DNA from: Phoronis australis
Lineage: Eukaryota; Animalia; Phoronida
NCBI GenBank assembly: GCA_002633005.1
Contig: NMRA01000075.1
Location: 609,950-673,949, forward strand
DNA: 64,000 nucleotides
Reading direction: 5' to 3'
Position numbers and translations under genes: made by a program. Positions 51,879 through 64,000 of the stretch are shown piece by piece. The notes beneath the pieces are model-generated. The model was given only the letters and a program-made list of their open reading frames with translations, searched no databases and was not told the DNA's origin. Positions within the stretch are counted from its first letter, which is position 1. Every line of letters begins with the position of its first letter.

Positions 51879-52369
51879 GTTGACTGAACTTATCACAACG
51901 CAGGTAATGTAGAACAATGACTGCCTCGACAACTTTTACAAACAGACTATATGAAAAGAAATTGGCGCGAAATTCTAACCACCCAAAACGTCACTTACGC
52001 AGTAGAGGACGAGTATTTAATTGAGTTACGAAAAGCTGTAATTAGGTGAAAAATATATCTGGAATAATCGACGAACTTTATTTTTGCTAAAATGTCATGA
52101 AAAATGTTGCCTTTGCCTTTAACAATTGCCTTCTCAGAGACAGAGGATACATCAATGAAGTTAAGGAAGTAATTGAGAATAGATAAAGGGATTATACGCC
52201 CTCGGCCAATGTGGATCTCCACCCCCCCCCCCCCCCCCNGATGGCTGTCTTCATTATTCTCATGATCATCAATCATCAAGTCGTATAGTTGTCACAAAAC
52301 AGGAAAATCATAACAAGCGAAAAATAGATCAAACCTCTCATCAGATTCACTTCCACTTAAAACCAAGGT

Positions 52370-53690
52370 ACCCCTTTCGTTGAATTGGACCGGAGATTTA
52401 AATTAAATTTCCGACGTTAATTTTAATAGTAAGCTTGGTGAAATATAGCAGACGTAGACATGTGGGGAAAAGAATTGGCACTTTTTGGAAGAATAATGTT
52501 TGTGAAATCCATAATTATGCCGAACTTATACATCTTTTTACAAATCACCGTCCCCTTCACAGGCCTTCCTGAAGCAGCTGAACAAAATATTCTACTGTTT
52601 TGTATGGAATGACGGTAAAACGGAAAAAAATGTTGCAAGACTATGGCTTAAGAGTACAAAGTTGGTTGAGCCAGAATGATTGATGTCACTTCTTTTATGA
52701 AAGCCATTAAATATTAACTTCGTTTCGTGAACTACTTTTTCAGAGTACTACAAATCCATGAACAGTTTTTCGCAAATGGTTTGTTATCGATAGTTTCAAA
52801 TAATTACTTACAGTGCATCATTCGGAGATTTCTTTGTAGAAAGATGTCTCAAATGACTTCTAATGTGACTTTCCTTGTGTTAATGAATTTAGTTCCCGAA
52901 AACGATGATATTCACTAGCCTCTATGGCTTAATTCGAAAATACTAATAGATAACAAGCCTGTTTTCTATAAATAACGGCTTCAAAAAGGCGTAAATCATG
53001 TACACGACTTACTTAATTCTGATGGTTGTTTTCTTACTTAAGAAAATTCCCTTAACCCCTAAAGCAACTTTATTTGATGCTCTACGAAGCTCCTTTTACG
53101 CTAACTGGATTCATCTCAGGGAGGAAAACATCAAGTAATATTACCGCTTCGTCCACGATATGTACAAGTTATTTTGGGAGATACCATAGGTGTGAATAAA
53201 ATTTACCTCGTTATTGTCTCTCAAGATTAAGAAAAACAAAGTGTCAACTGAAGTGGAGAGAACCAAAATCTCCCGGATACTACAGAATGGCGGTACAATG
53301 TTTGTTCCTACATCTATTCACTCACTGTTTCTCTGAGATTATTCGACTTTAGGCTGATTCACAGAATTATAGGCTGTAATGAAATTTTACACGACATTGG
53401 CTAATCAATACCTCATTGTGCACAGTTTGCTTAGATGATAGTGAACCTATTGTCCATGTGCACTGGTCTTGTAACGTTGCTCAACAGTTCTGGACTAATA
53501 TTAATAAGTGGCTCGTAGATCGTTGGACACAGTTGAGAACAGTCCGTACAATTAGTTCTGTTTGGTGTTCAGGTGGAAGCGATGTTGGGTCTTTGTCTTG
53601 CCAGGTACCATATTTTTACTGTATAAGCAACAGGCGAAGTGCATAAATCCCAGCCTTGCAGTGTTTCAGAAGGCGGTTGTAGTTTTATGG
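52370..53690 (+). mobile_element. L1/Tx1-clade LINE ORF2 3' fragment with zf-RVT
   Basis: LFGRIMFVKSIIMPN, PLWLNSKILIDNKPVFYK*RLQKGVNHVHDLLNSDG, FDFRLIHRIIGCNEILH and CTVCLDDSEPIVHVHWSCNVAQQFW. Many disruptions. Confidence 0.85.
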
Positions 53691-56365
53691 CTTAGTGCCA
53701 ACATTGTGTGAAACAATTACGCACAATCAGACAAATGCACTGTTGTGACATCATGTTAGTGCCGTCAAAACTCGTATGGTGTTTTTCGTTGAAAAAAGCT
53801 TTTGCATAATCCCGTTGGTCTCGTGACTTTAACTTGTCATAGTTTCATGTTTTTTAAGCATCTGGCTTTAGTGTATGTATTATTTTCTAACAACCCAAGT
53901 CGTTGATTTCTGGACTGAAATTTCCCCCTGGCGTAGAACCTAGATGTAATTAGCGACACATAATTCACCCAATGCGAGACAGCAACACAATGTTCAAAAT
54001 GTTTCACTCATCTTAATAACTCACTAAAAGAACATCTACTCCTAACTTCCGTAAGTTTCGGAAGGGAAGCATGATCTCGAATAACAAGCAAGCGTCAATT
54101 CTGAATATATAATGTATTGCTCGCATCACACTGTGTAACCACCGCACTTACTGACCCTATCTACTAAAAACTTCACACTTTTCCGTCATGAAGCACCGAT
54201 GCGAGGGCATAAAATAATATCATACCCTGGAGGAATTTGCACCATGAATGCTTTAGCCCAAATACAACCGAACAAAACTAATGGAAAAACTAATGAGAAC
54301 CTAAAATGATTGGAATATGTCATGCGCAACACTCCTGATGCAAAAAGTGAAACCATATCATAAACAACCCATAGTCTCAATTAATTGTGAATATGCAAAT
54401 GAAATACTCATTTACAAACAACATCGGGTCCTCCGGTGTGCCGGAAACCATTCGAGAACCAGTTCCCATTACAATCTCGTGGAAGTCTCGTTTTGCGAGA
54501 CTATTTTATGGCAAATGAGAATGGTAATACTTCACCATGGCGGACGAACATCCGATGCCAGCCACCGACAACTGATGTCTGTGTACTCGGCCGACACTCT
54601 TCACGGTGACCACAACAAAAGCATTCGTTCTGTAATTTCAGTTTGCTGTCACCTTAGATAATATTCAGCATCATTCTATTTTGCGTATCTGGTAATGCAA
54701 ATTTTAGGCATTTGCACACACTTCTCCTCCACATTTCTTAGGATGACAGGGGAATTGTCGTTACCCTTTTGAAACAAGACACAGTTTTTATTATTTGTTT
54801 ATTTCATATTGCGTAATACATGTATTTGGAATTACTAGTATTTTGTATATGTTCACACTTCTTCTTAATAGTAATAGTTGTGGTATTTTCTTCAAAACCG
54901 CAGTTTATTTACCAATTGTTTCCTTTCCTAATTATACCAAGGGTTGTAGTACATTAGGAGTGCTCTCTTGTGAGGTCGCTGTTATCGCTACTACTAGCGC
55001 CGCCAATTAGCGAATCGGGTCAAGTATGAAGTGCGAACTGTAACTTTTTTTACGTTTCCTAAGGATCCAGAAAGGTAAGGATTATTTGTCGTTCAACAAT
55101 ATGATACAGTGTACATTGTCTTCCATTTTTGTGTTCTGTTCACGGTTGGAAGACAAGTCGATCGCAGTCCCGGTGCCACTGTCGTCTGCAGTGTAGGCTC
55201 GTTCATTACCTTTGAAAATATTTTGTTATGACATTTTGCAACTTTGACTAGTTATGAGTGATTATATACTCAGTGTTGTAAGTTGTGAGCTAATCTACAG
55301 ATAAGTAACTGACTTGTAACTATTAGTGATTACAGTGGGAGAGTGAGAGTTTACCCTGTACTGGCATGTCACTAATAAAAAATGTTCTAAATTTACATGT
55401 GTATATGTGAGAGTGCATCAGAATGGATTACAATGTTGTGGTAGTGATCAATTGCCTTGCTTTCTTCTTCTCACTTGTGTAACACCCACTGCACAAAACA
55501 GTTGTCTGCATTGCTGGTAGCCTGGTGCATTGAATAGGGAACACATGCGAAATTGTTGTGTGGGGATGAAACCAGCAGTGAGCTGGGAGCATCATGTAAT
55601 GAAAAATTGGAAAACACCAAGGATGGTACTGACATAACCGCAGGGGCATCGACAACGGTCATAACAAAATGCCCTTGGGAGGGCATGCACAAAACGAGGG
55701 CCAAATCTTATCACCACCTCAGCGCATATTGTCAATAGTCACAGAAATCTAACAACCAAAATGTGTGACGATGGGAGGGGCTCAACACCCAAGTGGCACA
55801 TCCCCTTGGTTTTTACCTGTTTTGCACTACCATGCACTCCCCTGGGAGGGGTTCAACACCCATTTGGCGCCCACCTGGTTTTTATCTGTTTTGCACTCCT
55901 CCCATGTACCCCCTTCCTGGTACGTGGGGGCAATTGCCTCCTGAACCCCCAAGAGTGGCCACTAAAATTAGGTAGTCCATGGAGGTATCAAATCTAATTA
56001 AAAACGGTAATTAGCCTTATTAAGAACTCAAACCATGGAGGCTTTTTCAAGCAAATACACTTTAATATTGATTAAAATACACATTTTCATTCTCATTCGA
56101 TTATATGTGAGTGTTCGTTTACGTATTTTACCCAATTTCAATAACACAGTAACTTTATTGCATTTCGAACGTCATTAAAATGTGAATATATCAGTGTTTA
56201 CATGGTTCGGACTACTCCGCTAAATTAGTGTTGCTTATTCACCGCTAGGAGCACTAGTTTTTCGACCGATAACAAGTGCGGCGAATGGCAAGATGGCGGA
56301 TTAAACACTCCTATTATACTGCGCTCCTACACTCTGTCACAGTGCTACGAAAGGTATTGCTATGG

Positions 56366-56715
56366 AATGTTGTTTATCATGACTTCCCATTGGTTAAATT
56401 AATGAAACCGACGTCATAACATTCAGTCATTCCCTTTCAGTTTACTGTCACGTAGTGTGGCGACCACCTTTGACTTGAATAGTTGCAATTTATTAAAACG
56501 GGCAGTAATCACAGTAAACAAAATCAAGGGAACCACGATCCAGTAGCTAAGCACAACAAGTAAAGTGCATAGAAGGCGTGTGCAAGTAGTGATGTGATCG
56601 ATAAACTTCCGATCAAGCTTGCGCATTTATGCCCACACACGGAATTCCGTATGCCGTTCGTCATAATTCCACAGGTTCACTTTTCAGTATAGGTAGCACT
56701 ATGTTAGAGGTTACT
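56366..56715 (+). repeat. Interspersed repeat of about 330 bp, copy 2
   Basis: Homologous to 44105-44432. Confidence 0.85.
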
Positions 56716-56964
56716 ACATTCCTTGATTATACTTGTACACAAAGTTCTCCAGGACTTAGTCCCTTTTTGGCGCTTGCTAAAAATTTAAATATTCATGGCT
56801 TTAATGAGACATAGCATCTTTAGTCGTTAAGATTTTTAGGACTGATCTACTGACCGGCCGCCGACGCGCATAAAATGAACGAGTATTATCTCCTCCATTT
56901 ACCTTCATGTAAGTGATGGACTCGTCTGTTTGCAATGAGATAAATATTGCTAGAGTTGACATCA

Positions 56965-57112
56965 CATGGGAGGCGCAGCACTGAAAAAAGTGGGGGGCTA
57001 AAGCCCCCTTAGCCCTCTGTGGTGCACCGCCTATATACCATGTGCGGCGTAGCAGTGAAAACGTGGGGGGGAGGTTATAGCCCCACCAGCCCCCTATGGT
57101 GCGCCGCCCATG
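56965..57112 (+). mobile_element. CATGGG-terminal MITE, dimeric form
   Basis: Perfect 5-bp TSD CATCA (56960-64 / 57113-17). Confidence 0.88.
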
Positions 57113-58057
57113 CATCAAGTGGATTTTGTTGAGCGGAGTGGTCTGCCATCTTGCAAATGAACCATGTTACTCGAGATGCGTGTGTACTGTGTAGTATCTA
57201 GGAACCAATTTTGGTAACAACACGGGATTTCAAGTAAAAACTCATAGCTTTGATGTCAGGATCATCAAGTCCAAACTAGGATTTTTAGAAAATCATACAA
57301 AAAAATCATTGGATACTTGAGCACAGGAATTAAAGGGTCTTAACACTTATCTTTAGTTATAGCAGAAAACATCAAAAATAAAGTTTGACTTGCGGTATTA
57401 GACACAGAATCATTGATATAATTTTTCGATCTTTCGATCGAGGCTTAAAAATTGAAACTGATAAAGTCGATTTTCCGTGGTCTTTTACCTGACTTTCCTT
57501 CTTAGTCCAATGCGGGTTTAGTGACCTTATGTTCTCTCCAAGATATCTGTTGTTTTCAAGCAACGAAGAAGCACAAAAAGTGACTACAAGATTAATAGTT
57601 GTGCATTTTACAGAGTGAACACCAATTCGAAGATTTATTAAATATAGCCAGGTTATTGGGAGCAGGGCAGGATTGAAGGAAGCGATACTGCAAGAATACT
57701 ACACCCCACAATGTTATTGGAACGGTAGATGGTTGTTTCTGTAGATTTCAAGAGAAGGGGCAATTATTATGTAGCCTGGCAAGCTATTAAAATCTGCAAC
57801 TGTCTTACTTGAGGAAAATCATCATTTTTATAATCTGTCCTGTTAATGGTCTTCTGCTACTTACATTGTATCAATACCTGGGTATGTAGGACAGAGCAGT
57901 TGAGTTTACGAGTTTTGTCACATTTATTTAGTAGCGGGGTGTTTTCAATATAAATGTACATGTACTAGTAACAGAATTATGGGCCAGCAAATGTCAGATC
58001 CAACTGAACTGAGGGATTTAATAAGAGTTGGTTGAAATCTGACTTTTGCTGTAGTGG

Positions 58058-58217
58058 AGTGCATGTACCAGTACGGTACAGTAACGTTGAAGTGCATGTA
58101 CCAGTACGGTACAGTAACGTTGAAGTGCATGTACCAGTACGGTACAGTAACGTTGAAGTGCATGTACCAGTACGGTACAGTAACGTTGAAGTGCATGTAC
58201 CAGTACGGTACAGTAAC
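58058..58217. repeat. 33-bp minisatellite, about 4.8 perfect copies
   Basis: Unit AGTGCATGTACCAGTACGGTACAGTAACGTTGA, with no spacers. Confidence 0.97.
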
Positions 58218-59119
58218 TTTGTACCAGATAGACATTTCCCTTTTATTGTCACGGTGTGATTTTACTGCGTAATGGTGATACTTTGAAATAAATTTATTTT
58301 GAAATAAATGAAAACTTTAGTGTTTGAAATGGTTACAGTATCTCATTGTGTTGTTTCTGTGTGAAAACTTTTTGTTGTAGCTCTTCTCGTTCTGGATAGC
58401 CGATTAGATGGAAGTGAGTTTGTTATTGACAGAAAATCTACGATTCATCATATCATGGGCGGATAAAATAGGAACATTGATTGGTTTAACAAAATAATAT
58501 TGGTAAAAATTAATAATGCGAACGTCTTTTGAAAACTCTAGTTCCGCTTGTGTACATGAACATTGCAGCCGGCGTGTTGTTTTACAAAAAAGTCTATGAC
58601 GCATCCGTCTCAACTGTGAGACCATGTCGTTTCAAACTGTACAAGTTACCAGTTCACCACACTAAGATGAATAAGGTACTAGGACAAGTAACACATATGC
58701 GGATTTTTGGTGGGCAGCGCCCCCCCCCCCCACCCCTTGGCTGCCGCAAAAAATAAAACAGCAAGACCGTGAGGAAATATTGAGTTTTTTAACAAACAAA
58801 AGGGGCTGGGGTGGAGGGCACAACGAGACCATGGCCCCTGTTCATAGCTGAAGAAAAACTATGTTCCCGGACAAAACTCTTCCATCAATTTTTGTTTAAG
58901 TTCGCAACCGCCAGTTGACTGAAAATTGTCCTCAATTTGCCACTCATTTAGTCCTTCTCCTAATTTCGCGTTTATCGCTGCCAGTGTAGAAGACTCCTGG
59001 CTACGCCAGTAGTAATGTTTGGGCGTGTCAATGGGTACTTCGAGTATGGGTTTTTCCCAATAAGTATACGTGAAAACAGTGTGGTCGATGTCACCTACGA
59101 ACACTCGTGCATTAGTTAA

Positions 59120-59271
59120 TTATGACTCATGCTTTGCGATTGGTCAACGGGTGTCGCGCTTAGACACAGGCCGCGGTATAAATTTCTAACTCGGTGACAG
59201 AAATTTAATTTACAACACTGAAACTGAGACGTTTGCCTGTTAGTGTAGCACTTCACTTGTACACTGTAAGT
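59120..59271 (+). promoter_or_regulatory. Candidate Pol II promoter and short non-coding first exon
   Basis: AP-1 TGACTCA 59123-29, inverted CCAAT 59139-43, TATAAAT 59177-83, donor GTAAGT 59266-71. Confidence 0.4.
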
Positions 59272-62200
59272 ATGGGGCATGCAGCCAGTTTCTTTTTGAT
59301 TGTTTGTTGTGTTATGTTTTGTACAACTTTTTTGTGTCGCTCATTCTTTCCTGGACATTAAGCAATGAAAATTTACCTTAGTGAAGCGGGGTTTAACGTT
59401 TGTGAAATTCAAACAGACATCAGACTATTTGTATTTTTTCAGGAAAGCCAATGAGATCAGAATAGTTCATTAACAAAATTGTAAACTTGAGTTTATAATA
59501 GGACCTTAGAAAATGTACATATTTGGCTTACTTTGGAACATTATATCTTAGAAATAGCTGATCCAATTACCATGAAACTTTGAGATACTATTTTTATCTA
59601 CTATTCTACACAGCAGTGTTTGGAATTGATTTTCGAACGTTTCGCTTATGTATGAAGGGCTATAGAAATTGATTTTTTGATTTTTTTTTTTGAAAAAAGG
59701 GTTGCATAAAAGGAAAATGAAACAGTAACTCAGAAAAGTGTAACAGAGTTTTTGAGATTACATCTTGAACATTTATATTAAACGAAACTTTGTCATCTTA
59801 TTGATACCGTTATTTTCCTTTCGTTGTTGCTAAATTTCAGCAAAATTCGTCATCACGTGATCCAACTAATGGCCAATTATCAAAGCGTCAACAATCAATT
59901 TCTATTGACTTTCAACTTTCAGAAAATAATACTTTTACTGAGTTAAAAGTGATAGTTTTTTTGGTATTTGACAGAATAGGCAGACTTATTCAGGTCCAAC
60001 ATAGCCTAAAATTGCTCATTTTTGACGTGTAATTTCTTTGTTGCGTCACAGCGTTCAGCAGCTTTCTCGCAGTCTGCTCGCACAATTACGAAAAACGATG
60101 TGTTGTATCCAAACTACAATGGTTCTGCGCGTTTGCAACACGCCCGCTTTTACCTTTGCTACTTGTTAAAATCTATGCTAAAACGAGGCATTGTGTCCTA
60201 ACCAACAATCATTCATTGACGTCATAAGAAAAATGTAATTATAAATCAAAACGAATTATTGTACATTGTAAGTATATCATTACTATAATACCTTGGAAAT
60301 TTAGCGAGTTGCTACGAGAAAACATGGCGAATTATACATGTTCGGTGTTTCTGTAGGCGTATAATTATTTTGATCCGCCATTGCACCGACGTAAATTTAA
60401 GTGCACAGTTTTCTTTTGACGGAATTAAAGAACCTCTCCGGACACGACCAAAAATAACACCGACATACATGTACCAGTTTAAGGACTAAGGCAAACATTC
60501 TGTAGAAAATAGCGGTTGAGTCCTCCTCTTCAGAAATCCGCTAGTTCGTTGGTGTGTACTAAAATTAGTAAGAAATTAGTCTCCAAGTCTTAAGTTTATC
60601 TATCTTGTCACAAGCTGAAGATTGCGTTTAAAATTAACTTGACTAAATCCTGTATTACGCGTTATTTTTCAATTTAACCCCGTGGTCATGGCGGCAGTCC
60701 ATTAGCCAGTTCGCGTACGTTCAAAGAAACAGAATTGCGATAAATACTCTTTCGTCCTAGGACTACGACACTACACAAACGCTTGCTTGTGTCAATACAT
60801 GAACCATGAGTTTATGACTGACGATCGTAAAATCATCCCGGGGCATATTAGTCATGTAATCGTGTTTTTTTCTTTCTTTAGAATATTTGGATTGCTGTAA
60901 CTTCTGCGGCACATAGGTCGAATCTTCGACTAAAAAGAGTCTGTATTTTGAATTCCAGGCTTTAGTTAATCTATCCGTTACGCCAACTGTTACAGAGACT
61001 TAGACTATGCTTTGTAATTTTGTTTTACGTAGGTTGCGTTCCATGCATTTCGACATAAACAAAGCGCGTACATTTTACAAAGGTAGATTTAGGGGCACAA
61101 GGCACCCGCAACCGTTCGACCACAATCAAAAAGAAAATGAAGCCGTCGGCGCGCAGTTTTAAGCGCTACGCGGATTAAAAAAAAATATTTTGTTTGCGAA
61201 GATTGTGGGTCTGACAGTGTTACGCTACAAGGCTTTCTCGTGAGTGTCTTTTATTCTAAGGATTGTAGTGGTGAACTACATGCAACTGCTATTTGGGTTG
61301 ACTTTGCTTCATTTTGTTATCTTTTATAAACACGCTTAATTTTGTCAAAGATTAACACGAATTTCAATCAGAAGTTAGCCATATTCGGTTCATTCTTTGT
61401 TTTCCACTTTCTTGTGTTTTTGATATTACATCGATAGTTAGAGATGATTTCAGTTAAGGATTTTAAATTCTAGATAGGCGAGTTTCGTCTTGGGTTTCTC
61501 CTGAACTAGGTGTTCTGGTCAAATTTGAAAGTGAACATTACTTATTACACGTGAATGACGGAAAACATCTCAGAAATATTATTCTTTAAATAACGAAAAA
61601 TCAATCTAGATAAATCAGCTGGGTATTTTTCTGTTGAATCAATCAAAACTTCCGTTAATTCTTTGGGACAACATGTAGAAACAAAAACAAAGCGTTCCAT
61701 CCCAAATCAGTGATCTTCCAACATGGGACTAAAAGGGAAAACAAAATTTAAAAGCAGAAAGTGTCGTTTTGGATTCTAAAGATCCTTTTTGTAACGGTCA
61801 CTCCAGTGTGATTGTTTAGCTCGGACCAATTAATTACGCTGTTTTCTGTTTTGATTCGTCATAAACAGCACGGAGTCGTTATGAACAAAAGCGGAAAGTT
61901 TTTCACGACAAAGTCTATATGAATCTTATCAAATATTTTACCTCGTTGCTCATGATTGTTCGTGATGAATCTATTAACGTGCACATGTGTTAGGTGGATG
62001 AAAACAGAATTTGATCATAAATTATATCATCGAAACCTCATCTGAGTGTACCCATGATCGACACCCTGACAATTTCTGTTTACTAACAAGTATTTAGAAA
62101 AATGTAGATTAAGGTAAAACACTTCAAAATCCGGTGAAAATCGTGGCAAAAACACTAGCTTTCGAGCCTTTATGGTAGAAACAATGTACGAGATGAGCAG

Positions 62201-62379
62201 AATAAGCAGATTCCGTGGTGTTCTTAATAAAAGTAAACATTTTTATCCTTTTATACTTTGAATGCTCTATATAATAACCCTTCCCCACCATTTCAATTAT
62301 GTCGGTATGAACATCACAAATTGTTTATCAATTTCTGAAAACAGGTACATATATTACAATTATTACGTCACATTATTTG

Positions 62380-62950
62380 AATTATTTGAGACTACAAAGA
62401 TACTCGAAACGGACTTGTACGTTGCTTTATTTTCTAAATTTGTTTATAAATGTATTCACAATTGCTTGCCTTCATTTTTAGTACACTGTACGTTTAATTT
62501 AACAACCCGCTGGTCGGCTTACGAACGTTTCACTAGACAACGCAACTTTTTACACACTCTTCGTTGTATTCAGTTCGCAATGCCTCGTCTAACGTTATGT
62601 ATAATCTTCCTATAAGTGTTTAACAAAAACCTACCCTTTCATGAGCTTCTATTATTGATTATTTTAAGAATTTATGTTTTGAGAAGTTATGATCTTCAGG
62701 GCACCATTCCCAGCTGCTGTGCATGTAACTATTTTTTTAAATCTTGTCTGGTATAATTTGGTTCGACGTGTTACCACCTTTTTGAAACTGATGTTTTTCT
62801 TATATTTCAATAGCATGTTTTTTGTTGTTTTTTTTTTCTTTTGACTCCGTAGTCAGTGGACCTTGTGAATTCATCAAGGCGTCTCCATAAGTTTTATGTT
62901 TTTAATTTGTATTCGTCATGTTATATTATGAATAAAGTGTATTGTTATCG
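62380..62950 (+). mobile_element. Probable L2/CR1 LINE 3' end
   Basis: FVYKCIHNCLPSF...TRQRNFLH resembles the ORF2 C-terminal motif. A T-rich tail and AATAAA at about 62931 follow. Confidence 0.5.
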
Positions 62951-63013
62951 CTGCTACTAAACAAACAAAGCCGCGTGACTTTCCACAGTAAGTAGACGGG
63001 AGAGTAAGTCTTG

Positions 63014-64000
63014 TTAAAGGAGAATGCCACCCAATTTGATTTGACATTTTACCGTCTTAATCGGTCTACATCCACATCGCCTCGCATACGGTCGACCTTA
63101 CCTTGCCGAGAGGTGTCGCGTTAACCTGTGAGGAAGGTGAGAATCGACACAGCGACGTCAGTGGTTCATTTGCAGGGTGAATGCCGCGGTGCATCGTTCC
63201 CGCTTGTCCGAAGCATGCAGCTGCGAAAAAAAAGCGGGTACATCGTTTTTTAGACTACCTCGAGAGTCCGAAATGCTTAGGAAGTGGCTCACGGTAGTGA
63301 ACAATGAAAAGTACGCTGTTATTATCAAGTATTAGGCTGTGAAACATCTCCGTGTCTGTGGCCGGCAGTTGTCAACAGTGAGTCTGACAAATGCCAGCTT
63401 TCCAAAGAACTACCCATACGTTCCCTTGTATGTGCATGTTCACGGCGTCTAGTTGTATTTCTTGATCATTCCGGTTCGAACTGATAGCCTGTGAAACGTA
63501 ACGAGCCACCTGCGAAGTCTTCGTCGGATGAACTCTCGTCTAGAAGTCGGGATTCTGTTGATGTTCTGCGTTCTGTTTCAAAATGAAATATTCTCGCCCT
63601 AACCAATGCTTTTATAAAACTGAAACAAAGTCTGTCTCATTAGATACAATTTGTAATGCCTTTGGAGTATTCGTGAGTGCAAATGTTTTGAGAAGCCAGC
63701 AATGAATAAACCGCTGCGTTACCGGCTTCAGATGGAATAAAGGTAATTGACCGGCAACGAGGCCGTGTGAGCACATGCTAATTCAGTGTTTGCTGACAGA
63801 AATTGTAATGAAAAAATAACTCGATTTTCCATCCCACGGACAGGTGTTAGGGGAATCTTTATTTACAAACACATTATTCAAATAACGATTGCCAATGTAA
63901 TAGTTCTGCCCTGAGGATTCTGTGGCTAAAGGGAAACTTTAATTCGCTGCCCCCCCCCCCCCNGGACGAGTTAGTAGATTTGAAGTTTCGTGGCTAATTC
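63014..64000 (+). mobile_element. Kolobok-like element with a THAP remnant
   Basis: TTAA|AGGAGAA terminus at 63014. ATG at 63181: MPRCIVPACPKH...(frameshift) GTSFFRLPRESEMLRKWL...LRVCGRQL, a degenerate THAP domain. The right end may lie at the window edge. Confidence 0.65.

Noticed and set aside
52221-52239. Poly-C tracts next to N bases (also 12099, 63963) as G-quadruplex features
   Set aside because: They abut ambiguous bases, so tract length and context are unreliable.
58058-58217. 33-bp repeat as a CRISPR array or repeat protein
   Set aside because: No spacers, no cas genes and a eukaryotic context. The ORFs arise because the unit length is a multiple of 3.

Overview
This is AT-rich animal genomic DNA, probably from a marine invertebrate (inferred from the transposon families present and a strong excess of TACATGTA). 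It is not prokaryotic: there are no operons, CRISPR arrays or rRNA genes. One intact protein-coding gene is supported, an intronless immediate-early-response gene of the IER2/IER5/IER5L family (minus strand, 36914-37714). It has a CRE/CCAAT/CArG/TEAD/NF-kB-rich promoter and a 3' UTR of about 2 kb containing an AU-rich element. The rest is a gene desert of transposon debris: CR1/L2 and L1-Tx1 LINE fragments, Kolobok remnants (KolX and THAP), an ISL2EU-like THAP+YqaJ remnant, several MITE families, a Helentron-like element, a Crypton/DIRS-like element carrying a tRNA-like cassette, and micro- and minisatellites. The most notable signals are a minimal type I hammerhead ribozyme about 1.4 kb upstream of the IER start codon, a cluster of perfect CRE palindromes downstream of the gene, a TEAD-CArG-TEAD composite site, and an element whose internal sequence is complementary to its own circle junction. 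I found no clearly unprecedented multi-gene system. Most ORFs in the supplied track are spurious. All family assignments were made by eye, without database searches.
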